Shown: in pieces, positions 40,560 through 50,317 of the stretch
How positions within the stretch are numbered: position 1 is the stretch's first letter
Layout: every line of letters begins with the position of its first letter
From: Candidatus Eiseniibacteriota bacterium
GTDB taxonomy: Bacteria > Eisenbacteria > RBG-16-71-46 > CAZAMP01
Length of the DNA: 64,000 bases
Assembly (NCBI GenBank): GCA_965224245.1
Contig: OZ245046.1
Coordinates: 5,248,001 to 5,312,000 of the forward strand
Reading direction: 5' to 3'
Program-made: the position numbers and the translations under genes
Notes under the pieces: generated by a model
The model's input: the letters and a program-made list of their open reading frames with translations, nothing else
The model's database searches: none
What the model was told of the DNA's origin: nothing

Positions 40560-42100
40560 GCGGCGTCCCCTAGGCGCTTTCGGGACAGCGAGGCACGGAT
40601 GATCCCGCTCACGCTCCAGATGGCCCACGCGCCCCAGGCCACGTCCACCCAGAACACCGGCCAGGGCAGCGTCCGGTAGACGGCCGAGTAGATCACCGCG
40701 ATCACGATCACGACACAGAGACCGATGTGCGGGAGCACCCGGACGACGTCCCGGGATCCCGCCTCCCGCTCATTCGGCTTGCGGTTGACCGCGTACGCGG
40801 GCTTCGACCACCGGGCCCGGAGCGCCCGGAATGCCGCAGCCGCGAACACCGGGAAGAGCCCTACCCACTGGCGATAGGCCTTGGCGGTCGGATCGGACGG
40901 CCGGTTCAGGAGCAGGAACGCAGCGGTCTGGAGCACGAAGTAGATGCCGCGCACGAGCACGTAGTGCCAGAGCGGGCAATGCACGAGGAACGTCCCGGTG
41001 AACAGCGACCACGGCGGCACGATCAGAAAGACCGGCATCACGAACGCCGAGACCAGGTACGTGTAGCCGATCTGGAAGTACTGTGCGCGCTGAACGGCGC
41101 GGAGGCCGCGCCGCCGGAGGGGGCTGTCCCAGAAGAACAACCGGAGGCTGTCGAAGGCCCACTGTCCGCGCTGTCGAAACGTCCCGCGCGTGTCGATGGG
41201 CATCGATCCCGTGGTCAACGCGTGGTCGTAGTACAGGGAGCGCCAGCCGCGATCGTGCAGGCGCATCGACGTGTGGAGGTCCTCGACGAGGTTCCAGGTG
41301 CTGAACCCGCCGACGTCCTCGAGCGCGTCTCGCCGGTAGATCACGCCCGACCCGCACGAGAAGGCCGCGTTGTGATGGTCCTTACCCCGCTGCATGACCT
41401 CGTAGAAGATGTTGTCACGGTTGCTGTACGGATCGCCTTCGGGCACCCGGAAGTGCTGGCGGGTCTGCAGAAAGGCCACGCGATCCAGATCGGCGAAGCC
41501 GACGGTCTCGGACAGGATCTCCGGATGGCAAACCTGATCGGCGTCGAGCGTGAGCACGAGCTCTCCGTGCGTGTGTGCCAGACCGTAGTTCAGGTTGCCC
41601 GCCTTCGCGTCGGTGCGGTCGAGGCGTGCCAGGTAGGCGACGCCGTACCGCTCGGCCAGGGCCCGGACGTCGGCCCGGCCGCCGTCGTCCAGCACCACGA
41701 CGCGGAAGTCGGGGTAGTTGATCTCGGTCGCGGCGCGCACGGTCGGCTCGAGCACGTCGAGCGCCTCGCCGGCGGTGGTGATCAGCACGTCGACCGATCG
41801 CGATCGGCGGGGCGTGATCCGGGCGGGATCGTGGAAGCGGCGCTGCCACGTGACGAGTGCGTAGAGATCGAACGACACGAGCGCGAGTATCTCGGCGATC
41901 AGCACCGCGACCGGTACCACCGCCGCGTCGCGGTTGTAGACCCCGATGTACCATACGATGTAGACGAGCGCGGCCACGTTCGTCAGCGCGACCAACGACT
42001 GGGCCCAGAGGCGACGCGAGCGGTCGTCGCGTTCGCGATAGCGACGGTTGGCGCGACGGCCGACGAGATCGGTCACGTAGTTGCGCACGCCGTTCGTCAT
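40556..42100 (-). CDS. Cellulose-synthase-like processive GT2 glycosyltransferase
   Basis: VDVLI, LDDG, KAGNLN, LDAD, CGSG, VEDL, QRGQW; N- and C-terminal TM helices; no PilZ. Confidence 0.88.
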   Translation of the reverse strand: MTNGVRNYVTDLVGRRANRRYRERDDRSRRLWAQSLVALTNVAALVYIVWYIGVYNRDAAVVPVAVLIAEILALVSFDLYALVTWQRRFHDPARITPRRSRSVDVLITTAGEALDVLEPTVRAATEINYPDFRVVVLDDGGRADVRALAERYGVAYLARLDRTDAKAGNLNYGLAHTHGELVLTLDADQVCHPEILSETVGFADLDRVAFLQTRQHFRVPEGDPYSNRDNIFYEVMQRGKDHHNAAFSCGSGVIYRRDALEDVGGFSTWNLVEDLHTSMRLHDRGWRSLYYDHALTTGSMPIDTRGTFRQRGQWAFDSLRLFFWDSPLRRRGLRAVQRAQYFQIGYTYLVSAFVMPVFLIVPPWSLFTGTFLVHCPLWHYVLVRGIYFVLQTAAFLLLNRPSDPTAKAYRQWVGLFPVFAAAAFRALRARWSKPAYAVNRKPNEREAGSRDVVRVLPHIGLCVVIVIAVIYSAVYRTLPWPVFWVDVAWGAWAIWSVSGIIRASLSRKRLGDAA

Positions 42101-43911
42101 CGGGTGCTCCTGACGCTCAGCGCGAAGCGCCGGAGCGTGTATCGATCGTCGCTCTCGTCGTGATTCGTCGGCGACTGCAGATAGAACGCGTCGCCCACCA
42201 GGTCGATGCCGCCGGTGATGCCGATGCCGAGCTGGAGTCGGTGCTCACTGCCGACGCCGTCGGCGTCCGGCTCGTAGGAGAGGCCGTGGTCGGTCATCAG
42301 CCACGCCGTCGAAGGGAGTGCCCGCTCGTAACGCATTCCGATCCCGAACGCCTCGAAGCCGGCGGGGCTCCAGATGCGCGGGTCGCGGTGGTCGGTGGCG
42401 AGCGCGTAGACCTGACCGCGCACCGTCAAGCCGGACGAGACGCGGAGCTCGGCACGCGCGAAGCCCTGACGTCGGGTGTTGCCGTCGTCGGTGAACAGGG
42501 AATCATCGTCGAGGCTGGCCAGCGACGCATCGGCCATGAGCATCCACCGATCGGTCGGGCGCGTGACGAGGCGCACGCCCAGCTCGGCCATCCGCAGCGC
42601 GTCGTCCACGACGTCGAGTCGGATCAGCTCGTTGTAGAACCGGGGAGCGAACGGGTCGGCGAGGTTCGCCGCGTCGTACACCGCACCGCGAAGCGCGACG
42701 TCGACACGCGCCGCGAGCGAGCCACCCACCTCCAGAAAGCCCGCGTGCGTCGTGCGTCCGGCTCGCGGCTCGGGGTCGTACACGGAGAGCGTGTAGCCGG
42801 CGCGCACGGCGACGCCGGATGGCCAGGCTCGCGCCAGCTGGATCGGCACCGACCAGCGTCGCACGGAGCGATCCTCGGCCTCGTGGCGCGTCCACGTGGC
42901 ACCGGCGCGCACCGCCGTCCGGCCCAGCACGGCGTCGATCGGCACGACCATGCCCAGCCGCTCGACGTCGTTGGCGTCCCGGAGAAGCTCCACCCGAAGC
43001 TCGGCCCGGGGGGCCCGGGCGTCCTCGACGCGACGACGCCACGACCGCGCGTCGACGTTGGCCGGATCCAGCTGCCCGGCCGCGTCGAAGTGACCGAGTG
43101 CCCGGCGGCGATCGCCGTCGATCAGTGCGAGACGACCGTCGATCACCTCGAGGCGCGCGGCCAGCGACGGGTCGAGATCGTCACGGACGATCCGTCGCGC
43201 GCGCTCGCGGGCGGCGTCCACGTCACCGGCCCACAGCGCGGTCTCGGCCAGGCCGACCGCCGCGGCCGCCGTCGGACCGTCGCGCGCGATCACCTCGGTG
43301 TAGTCGGCCTCGGCCCGGGCGAGATCGCCCTGCCAGCTGGCCAGACGGCCGCGTTCGACCTGGGCGTCCCGCCGGATGGGCGCCGGCAAGTCCGACTCCT
43401 CCAGGAGCGCGTCGTACGCACGTCGCGCGCGGTCCCGATCGTCGTCCCATCCGTAGGTCCGTGCCAGCGCGAGCCGCGCTCTCGGGTCGTGCGGTCGTTC
43501 GGCGAGGATCTCGTCCAGCATGGCCTCGGCCTCGCGCCGGTTCTCGGGACGATAGCTGTAGAGCTCTGCGAGGGAGAGCCGGACGTCCGGGTGGGTCGAG
43601 CCGAGCGCAATGGCCCGCCGCAGCTCGGCGATGGCCGCGTCCAGGCGGCCGGTCGCGCGCAGGCACTCCGCGAGGCCGCGATGCGGCTCGGGCGCGGTCA
43701 TGTCGCGCGCGATGAGCTCGCGGAACGTCGCCTCGGCCTCGGCGATCTCGCCCGCGACCAGCTGCTCCCACGCCTCGTCGACCGATGCGGCGAGGGCCGC
43801 GCCGGTGGTGACCGCCAGGCACACGAGCGCCGCCAGACCCATCCGGACGACGCGCTCGCTCGCTCGGCGGGCCCGGTCACGACGGGAGGGCGGCGACACG
43901 GACGGCTTCAT
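42097..43911 (-). CDS. TPR plus outer-membrane beta-barrel protein (BcsC/PgaA-like architecture)
   Basis: Signal peptide (ALA-A), TPR repeats, C-terminal amphipathic beta-strand region; ATGA overlap with GT2. Confidence 0.7.
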   Translation of the reverse strand: MKPSVSPPSRRDRARRASERVVRMGLAALVCLAVTTGAALAASVDEAWEQLVAGEIAEAEATFRELIARDMTAPEPHRGLAECLRATGRLDAAIAELRRAIALGSTHPDVRLSLAELYSYRPENRREAEAMLDEILAERPHDPRARLALARTYGWDDDRDRARRAYDALLEESDLPAPIRRDAQVERGRLASWQGDLARAEADYTEVIARDGPTAAAAVGLAETALWAGDVDAARERARRIVRDDLDPSLAARLEVIDGRLALIDGDRRRALGHFDAAGQLDPANVDARSWRRRVEDARAPRAELRVELLRDANDVERLGMVVPIDAVLGRTAVRAGATWTRHEAEDRSVRRWSVPIQLARAWPSGVAVRAGYTLSVYDPEPRAGRTTHAGFLEVGGSLAARVDVALRGAVYDAANLADPFAPRFYNELIRLDVVDDALRMAELGVRLVTRPTDRWMLMADASLASLDDDSLFTDDGNTRRQGFARAELRVSSGLTVRGQVYALATDHRDPRIWSPAGFEAFGIGMRYERALPSTAWLMTDHGLSYEPDADGVGSEHRLQLGIGITGGIDLVGDAFYLQSPTNHDESDDRYTLRRFALSVRSTR

Positions 43912-44369
43912 GGCGATCCTTCGAGTGGTGAGAACCTGACGCTGATGTCCCGGCTCATCGCGCTGCTGGCAGTCGGAAGGCTCGCGAATGGCGAGAACAG
44001 TATACCGACGCCGCCGACGATCGACCAAGACGGCCGACCTTGACCCAATCTTCGGTCTCTGAGACACTTTTCTCGCAATCGGAAGTCACACATGATCCGG
44101 CGTGCGGGTCTCGCGCCCGGGTCGCATCCCCCGAGGAGGCGTCATGAAGTCGATGGATCTCGTCCACGTGGCCGACGTCTCCGGTCCCGCCGCCTAGGCT
44201 ACGTCGCCGTCGGAGCCCCGCGGCTCCTTCGACCTCGTCGGACCCATCCGCTCGCCGCCGGCGCGAGCCCGGACCTCGATCGGCCCCACTCACGCGTCCG
44301 TACGTCGCTTGCCGTGCCCGAAGGTCGGTCGCGGCTCCGTCTGGATTCGTCGTCGAGGGAGTTCCAATC

Positions 44370-45452
44370 GTGGATCGACACGCACTCGCGGCGCTGGGCT
44401 TCGACCCGGCGCATTTCGATGTTCTGGCCGGGCTGGAGCCGAAGGAGCTCACGCCCGCCCGGGTGGTCGCCGAGCATCGCGACCGCTACGTCCTGACCTC
44501 GGACACCACCGACCGGTGGGCGGTGGTGAGCGGACGGTTTCGCGCCACCGCCGGTGACGGCGACGCCTGGCCGGCCGTCGGGGACTGGGTGGCCGCGCAG
44601 CACGTCCCCGACGGCGTGTCCGTCATCCATCACGTGCTACCCCGCCGGACGCGCCTGGAGCGCCTGGCCGCCGGCGGCGTGGCGCGTAGTCAGGTGCTGG
44701 CCGCCAACGTGGACGTGGTGTTCATCGTCACGTCCCTGAACGCGGACTACAACCCGCGACGCCTCGAGCGCACGCTCGCGCTCGTCTGGGAGAGCGGCGC
44801 GCGCCCGGTGATCGTGTTGACGAAAGCCGATCTGTCACCCGACGTGGAGGCGGCGACGTCGGCCACCGAGACGCTGGCCATCGGCGTGCCGGTGCACGCG
44901 GTCTGCGCGCCGACCGGGGACGGGCTGGACGCCCTCCTGCCGTATCTCGGCCTGGGGTCGACGGTGGCGCTCGTGGGGTCGTCGGGCGTCGGCAAGTCGA
45001 CGCTCGTGAACGCGCTCGTGGCCGAGCCGGCGATGGCCACCCGCGAGGTGCGCGCCGGCGACGATCGCGGCCGCCACACCACCTCGCACCGACAGCTCGT
45101 GCGGGTGCCCACGGGCGGCGCGATCGTCGACACTCCGGGGCTCCGCGAGGTGGGCCTGGCCGGCGATGACGGCGGCCTGGACGCCGTCTTCGGCGACATC
45201 GACGAGCTCGCCCGATCGTGCCGGTTCGCCGACTGCGGCCACCAGACCGAGCCCGGGTGTGCCGTGCTGGCGGCGATCGCGTCGGGAGAGATCACGAGCG
45301 AGCGGCTCAGCGGGTACCGCAAGCTCCAGCGGGAGGCCGCGCACGTGGAGCGCCGGCGAAGCGCCCGGGCACGAAACGAAACCAAGCGCCGCTGGAAGCG
45401 AATACACATGGCCATGCGGGAGCGAAAGAAGGTCGACCCGCGTTTCCAGTGA
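44370..45452 (+). CDS. rsgA: Ribosome small subunit-dependent GTPase A
   Basis: AVGDWV, ANVD, TKAD, GSSGVGKS, GRHTT, DTPG, CRFADCGHQTEPGC zinc finger. Confidence 0.93.
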   Translation: MDRHALAALGFDPAHFDVLAGLEPKELTPARVVAEHRDRYVLTSDTTDRWAVVSGRFRATAGDGDAWPAVGDWVAAQHVPDGVSVIHHVLPRRTRLERLAAGGVARSQVLAANVDVVFIVTSLNADYNPRRLERTLALVWESGARPVIVLTKADLSPDVEAATSATETLAIGVPVHAVCAPTGDGLDALLPYLGLGSTVALVGSSGVGKSTLVNALVAEPAMATREVRAGDDRGRHTTSHRQLVRVPTGGAIVDTPGLREVGLAGDDGGLDAVFGDIDELARSCRFADCGHQTEPGCAVLAAIASGEITSERLSGYRKLQREAAHVERRRSARARNETKRRWKRIHMAMRERKKVDPRFQ

Positions 45453-45470
45453 GCATGCCGGGAGGATGCC

Positions 45471-45860
45471 GTGACCGAACGCAACCCCGTCGTTCCGACG
45501 CCCACGTGGATCGATCGTGCCATCGAGTCCGCGATCGCGCGTGGCGAGTTCGACGACCTGGCGGGCGCCGGCAAGCCGTTGCCGCCGCACACGGGCGACG
45601 AGAACTGGTGGGTCCGGGACAAGCTCCGCCGCGAGGGCGTGTCGTTTCTGCCCCGGGGGCTACAGGTTCGTCGTGAGATCGAGCGGCAGCTCGACGCGGT
45701 GCTGGCGCTCGACAGCGAGGAGTCCGTCCGAGCGCGGATCGACGTGCTCAACGCCGACATCGCGTCCGCGAACGCACGCGTGATCGATGGGCCGTCGGTC
45801 GATCTGGCGCCGATCGATCCGGATCGCGTCGTGGAGAGGTGGCGGGCCGCGCGGGAGTGA
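45471..45860 (+). CDS. DUF1992 (DnaJC28-like conserved domain) protein
   Basis: IESAIARGEFDDLAGAGKPL...WW...LP. Confidence 0.85.
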   Translation: MTERNPVVPTPTWIDRAIESAIARGEFDDLAGAGKPLPPHTGDENWWVRDKLRREGVSFLPRGLQVRREIERQLDAVLALDSEESVRARIDVLNADIASANARVIDGPSVDLAPIDPDRVVERWRAARE

Positions 45861-45963
45861 ACGGCCCGGTCGGTCGGGGCCCCTGTCGTCCGGGCGCGTG
45901 AATGGTATGGTCCCTCCGCCAACGAACGCCCCCGCGGGGGCGCGCGGACTCGGGGGAGGTGAC

Positions 45964-48465
45964 GTGCCGTTCGAGGTCGGCGACAAGGTCCAGCATCGTT
46001 ACAACCGAGACCTCGGGCCCGGCGAGATCGTCGAGATCGCATCGGGACGCATGCGGGTGCGATTCCCCAGGGACGACGTGACGCTCGAGTTCGCCGCCGG
46101 CGACGGCGTGTTCGAGCCGTTTCACGTCGATCCCGCCAGGGATCCGGACCGATGGCACGAGTCGCCCCCGAACGACCTCGTGGAGCGACTGGCGCGGCTC
46201 GAGAGCGATCCGTTCCCGGACTGGAAGAACCGGATGGCCGCGTCCCGCCTGGCCGCCCTCCGCGAGGCCGATGGGCTGGGGTCGTTCCTTGGCGGACGGA
46301 TCACGCTCCATCCGCATCAGCTCTACGTGGCCGAGCAGGCGGTGCGCACCGATCCCGTCCGCTGGCTTCTCGCCGACGAGGTCGGTCTCGGCAAGACGGT
46401 CGAGGCGTGTCTGATCCTGAACCGACTCGTGCGAACCCGCCGCGCCGAGCGCGTGGTGGTGGTCGCGCCGTCGTCACTGACCGTCCAGTGGCTGGGCGAG
46501 CTCTATCGGAAGTTCCACCAGAACTTCGTACTGCTCGACACGGAGCGCGTGGCGGACGTCGCGACCGACTTCGGCTCGGGCTTCAACCCGTTCGACGCGC
46601 ACGCGCGCGTCGTGGTGGCGCTCGAGCTCCTTTGCGAGGACGATCGGCTGCAGCGGCATCTCGTCGATGCCCCGCCGGATCTGTGCGTCGTGGACGAGGC
46701 GCACCGCCTCGAGCGCCGCTGCGGTCACCCCGGCTCGCCGGCCTACCGAGCGCTGGCGCCCGTGCTCGCCGGGGCCAGGCACGCGCTTCTCCTGTCGGCA
46801 ACACCGGTCGAGGCCGACGCCCACGGCTTCTTCCGGCTGCTCGAGCTGCTGCGACCCGGAGAGTTCTCGTCGTGGGACGCGTTTCGTGACGCGCTGGATC
46901 GGGGCGTGCCGATCGTGCCCTGCGCCAGCTCCACGCGCCGGGACGACATCGGCGGGCTGCCCCCTCGCCGTCCGTGCCCGACGCGGTGTCCGGTGCCGGC
47001 GGACGTGCTCGCGCGCGAGCGCGAGATCCGCGCCGGGGACCGCTCGAACGCGCTCGCCCGGCGGCGCCGAGCCGAGGAGCTCGAGTCGCTCCTTGCCACA
47101 CCATGGGGCGAGACGGATCCGCGGCTCGAGTGGATTCTGGCCGAGGAGAGGCGCTGGCACGAACGGGGCGACAAGATGCTCGTGTTCGTGCACGCGCGGG
47201 AGACGCTGACCCATCTGAAGAAGCGTCTCGAGGGGGCGACGTTTCGGCGCGTCGCCGTGTTCCACGAGGATCTGTCCCCCGCCGCGCGCGATCTCGAGGT
47301 GGCTCAGTTCGCGTCGACGGTGGGATCCACGGTGCTGATCTCGACCGAGTCCGGGGGCGAGGGCCGGAACTTCGAGTTCTGTCGCGGCATCGTGCTCTTC
47401 GACCTTCCCTGGGATCCGGTGCTCGTGGAGCAGCGCATCGGGCGCCTCGATCGGATCAGTCGCACGACGCCGGTCGACATTCACTACTTCGTTCCCCAGG
47501 GCGGATTCGGGCGCGACGTGGTCGAGCTCTACGAGGCGCTCGGGATCTTCGAAGCGCCCCTCGGGGGACTGGATCGCTCGCTCGGACACGTCCGCGACGC
47601 CATCGTGTCCGCCGTGTGCGGGACCGCGGACACGGCTCCGAGCAGCCGGAGTCACGACGGTGGCGGTGCCGGCCTCGACGTCGAGGCGATCGTCTCGGAG
47701 ACGTTGCGCCTGCGCGCGCGGGTGAACAGCGCGCTCTACACCGATCTCCACGAGCACCGATACCGGGGAGCCATGGCGGACGACATCCTGGCGCGGATCC
47801 CGCCCGAGCTCGACTCGCTCAACGCGACGGTCGTTCTGGGCGCGTGTCGGCGATACGGCTTCGACGTCGTGGACAAGGGCGAGGTCGCCAGGTGGTACGT
47901 CGAGTTCGGAAACGAGGCGACCGTCGAACACGTCCCCGGCATGACCGAGGGCACACGGCTCCTCGGGACGTTCGATCGCGCGGAGGCCGTGCGCAATGAG
48001 TCGCTCGAGTTCTTCGCGGCGGGACATCCGCTGGTCGAGGGCGTGCTCCTGGAGATCGAGGACGGTGCGCGCGGCCGGATCCTCCTGGCCGATGTGACGG
48101 TTCCGCCCGGCGCGGACGTGCCGCCGACCTTTCTGGTGGTCGCTCTCGTCGATCGTGTCGCCGGAGCGCCGCATGCCGACACGACGGAAGTGCCGGGGCG
48201 CGCCGGCGCCGGACCGTCGGTGATCGTGACCGATCTCACCGGTGTTCCGAGACCCGAGTGGCGCGAGCACGTTCTCGAGGACGGCGGAGCGACCTGGCGA
48301 CCGGTGGATCTCCGGGACTGGGGGCTGGGCCCCGACGATGCCAGAGCCCGGGCGGAGTGGTCCGCGGCCATCCGCTCGCTGGGGCCCGCCCTGGAGGCGC
48401 TGGGTCGCTTTCAGGCGCTCGCCGTCGTCCGCGCACAGTCGTCCGGCGCTGCCGAGCCCACCTAA
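45964..48465 (+). CDS. RapA/HepA-like SNF2 ATPase
   Basis: PHQ, LLADEVGLGKT, VDEAH, LLSATP, EGRNFEF, EQRIGRLDR, GTFDR; GGAGG RBS. Confidence 0.85.
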   Translation: MPFEVGDKVQHRYNRDLGPGEIVEIASGRMRVRFPRDDVTLEFAAGDGVFEPFHVDPARDPDRWHESPPNDLVERLARLESDPFPDWKNRMAASRLAALREADGLGSFLGGRITLHPHQLYVAEQAVRTDPVRWLLADEVGLGKTVEACLILNRLVRTRRAERVVVVAPSSLTVQWLGELYRKFHQNFVLLDTERVADVATDFGSGFNPFDAHARVVVALELLCEDDRLQRHLVDAPPDLCVVDEAHRLERRCGHPGSPAYRALAPVLAGARHALLLSATPVEADAHGFFRLLELLRPGEFSSWDAFRDALDRGVPIVPCASSTRRDDIGGLPPRRPCPTRCPVPADVLAREREIRAGDRSNALARRRRAEELESLLATPWGETDPRLEWILAEERRWHERGDKMLVFVHARETLTHLKKRLEGATFRRVAVFHEDLSPAARDLEVAQFASTVGSTVLISTESGGEGRNFEFCRGIVLFDLPWDPVLVEQRIGRLDRISRTTPVDIHYFVPQGGFGRDVVELYEALGIFEAPLGGLDRSLGHVRDAIVSAVCGTADTAPSSRSHDGGGAGLDVEAIVSETLRLRARVNSALYTDLHEHRYRGAMADDILARIPPELDSLNATVVLGACRRYGFDVVDKGEVARWYVEFGNEATVEHVPGMTEGTRLLGTFDRAEAVRNESLEFFAAGHPLVEGVLLEIEDGARGRILLADVTVPPGADVPPTFLVVALVDRVAGAPHADTTEVPGRAGAGPSVIVTDLTGVPRPEWREHVLEDGGATWRPVDLRDWGLGPDDARARAEWSAAIRSLGPALEALGRFQALAVVRAQSSGAAEPT

Positions 48466-48536
48466 ATCGTTGTTGTCAAATCAGCTATTCGGCCCCGGCC
48501 GGTTTCGACCCGGACCCGACATCGGTGCCGAAGGGG

Positions 48537-48566
48537 TTGAGCCTTTTTGGCTGGTGTTGCTAGAAT
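48537..48566 (+). promoter_or_regulatory. Sigma70-like promoter with extended -10
   Basis: TTGAGC-N18-TAGAAT with TG at the extended -10 position, about 240 bp upstream of ATG 48808. Confidence 0.5.
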
Positions 48567-48807
48567 CGTGCAGTTGCCAGACAGCGACTCGCTGTGGAAC
48601 ACAGAACGCCAGTTTCGGGGGCCGCAGAACGTCGGCTCCCGCCGAAGTTTTTTGGATTTGCGCCTGGTCTTTGAAGCGCTCAGAACGAGCGCACGAAAGG
48701 GGGATGCTGCAAGCCGGTTCGTAACGTTTCGCTTCTCGAGGGAATTCGACACCGTTGCGTCACAGCAATGGACGAACTTTCGTTCGCACAACTTCAAAGG
48801 GGCACCA

Positions 48808-49494
48808 ATGAAGAAGCTTGGAGCGTTCTTCGCTATCTGTGCGGTCGCCGCATTCTCCGCGCAGGCCGAGGTTCAGCTCGAGCGCGGTCCGTTCACGCTC
48901 GAGTTCGATGGTCTCGATGCGACCGATTGCGAAGGCGAGATCAAGTGGGTTCAGGAGCCGGACGGCGCGAGCGGTCTCGCGGCTCAGGACGACCAGTGCT
49001 ACCCGTTCCTGGCTCAGATCGCCGACAACTTCCTCGGTGACGGCAACGACATCGTGGGCGTTGGCTGGTACGGCGTGTACTGGAACGGTTCGCCGCTTCC
49101 TCCGGATGCGTTCCGCATCGAGATCTACACCTCGGACGCCGACGGCTGCCCGGGCGACCTGGTCTACTCGGACGAGACGAGCGACTACAACCAGACGCTC
49201 GGCGCTCCTGACGGCTACTGCTCGCAGGTCACGCCGTTCAACAAGGCAGACGGCGTCAGCTACCACATCTCGGTGACGGCCGTGTTCTGCTTCCCGCCGC
49301 AGTACGGTTCGGCGACGGGTGTCGGTGACGGTCAGCAGGCCTGCTTCCGTTCGGCTTTCTTCGGCTTTGCCGACTGGACGCCGGCGACGGACGTGTTCGG
49401 CGTTCCGTACGACCTGGCGTTCCTGCTCTACAACGAGCCGGGCACGCCGACCGAAGAGGCTTCGTGGTCGTCGATCAAGAAGCTGTATCAGTAA
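48808..49494 (+). CDS. Secreted acidic Cys-containing hypothetical protein with C-terminal SWS tail
   Basis: MKK...AQA signal peptide, six Cys in the mature part, ends TPTEEASWSSIKKLYQ; strong terminator follows. Confidence 0.85.
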   Translation: MKKLGAFFAICAVAAFSAQAEVQLERGPFTLEFDGLDATDCEGEIKWVQEPDGASGLAAQDDQCYPFLAQIADNFLGDGNDIVGVGWYGVYWNGSPLPPDAFRIEIYTSDADGCPGDLVYSDETSDYNQTLGAPDGYCSQVTPFNKADGVSYHISVTAVFCFPPQYGSATGVGDGQQACFRSAFFGFADWTPATDVFGVPYDLAFLLYNEPGTPTEEASWSSIKKLYQ

Positions 49495-49517
49495 GCTCCT
49501 CCAAAGCTGACTGATTG

Positions 49518-49548
49518 GCCCCGAGGGCTTCGGCCCTCGGGGCTTTTT
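49518..49548 (+). terminator. Intrinsic terminator
   Basis: GCCCCGAGGGC-TTCG-GCCCTCGGGGC perfect 11-bp stem followed by TTTTT. Confidence 0.92.
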
Positions 49549-49583
49549 CGTGTGCGGCGGTCTGGGTCGCTCGAAGAATCCGT

Positions 49584-50317
49584 GGCGCGTGTCGGGAGCG
49601 CCGGGGGTGGTGTCGCCAGCGGTCCCTCGGGGGCGCGTGTCGGGAGCGCCGGGGGTGGTGTCGCCTGCGCTCCGGCTGGCGGTGTGGGCGTGAGATCGGG
49701 TGGGGGCATCATTTCGTGTCGGAGCGGCTCCGGGGGGTGTGGGTGTCGCATCAGTCGCTCCGGCGACACCACCCCCGTCGCTCCCTCACGCGGTGGGGGT
49801 CTCGGGAGTGTTTTCCGGGGGTCGGCGTCGCGGGTGTGATTGGGTGCGGGGTGCTCGTGGGGTGTTGCACCCGGGTGTTCCCGACGGCGGGGGCGCGTGT
49901 CGGGAGCGCCGGGGGTGGTGTCGCCAGCGCTCCGGCTGGCGGTGGGGGCGTGAGATCGGGTGGGGGCATCATTTCGTGTCGGAGGGGCTTCGGGGGACGT
50001 GGGGGTCGCATCAGTCGCTCCGGCGACACCACCCCCGTCGCTCCCTCACGCGGTGGGGGTCTCGGGAGTGTTTTCCGGGGGTCGGCGTCGCGGGTGTGAT
50101 TGGGTGCGGGGTCCTCGTGGGGTGTTGCACCCGGGTGTTCCCGACGGCGGGGGCGCGTGTCGGGAGCGCCGGGGGTGGTGTCGCCAGCGCTCCGGCTGGC
50201 GGTGGGGGCGTGAGATCGGGTGGGGGCATCATTTCGTGTCGGAGGGGCTCCGGGGGACGTGGGGGTCGCATCAGTCGCTCCGGCGACACCACCCCCGTCG
50301 CCCCCTCACGCGGTGGG
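49584..50317. repeat. Tandem array of a 260-bp unit (about 2.65 copies) plus an orphan left arm; each unit has a 24-bp inverted repeat
   Basis: Units start at 49628, 49888 and 50148; arms GGGAGCGCCGGGGGTGGTGTCGCC (49642-49665) and GGCGACACCACCCCCGTCGCTCCC (49762-49785). Confidence 0.92.

Noticed and set aside
45964-48465. SNF2 helicase of an anti-phage system (DISARM/Zorya-like)
   Set aside because: Motifs and C-terminal GTFDR region fit housekeeping RapA; neighbours are rsgA and DUF1992 with no methylase or nuclease
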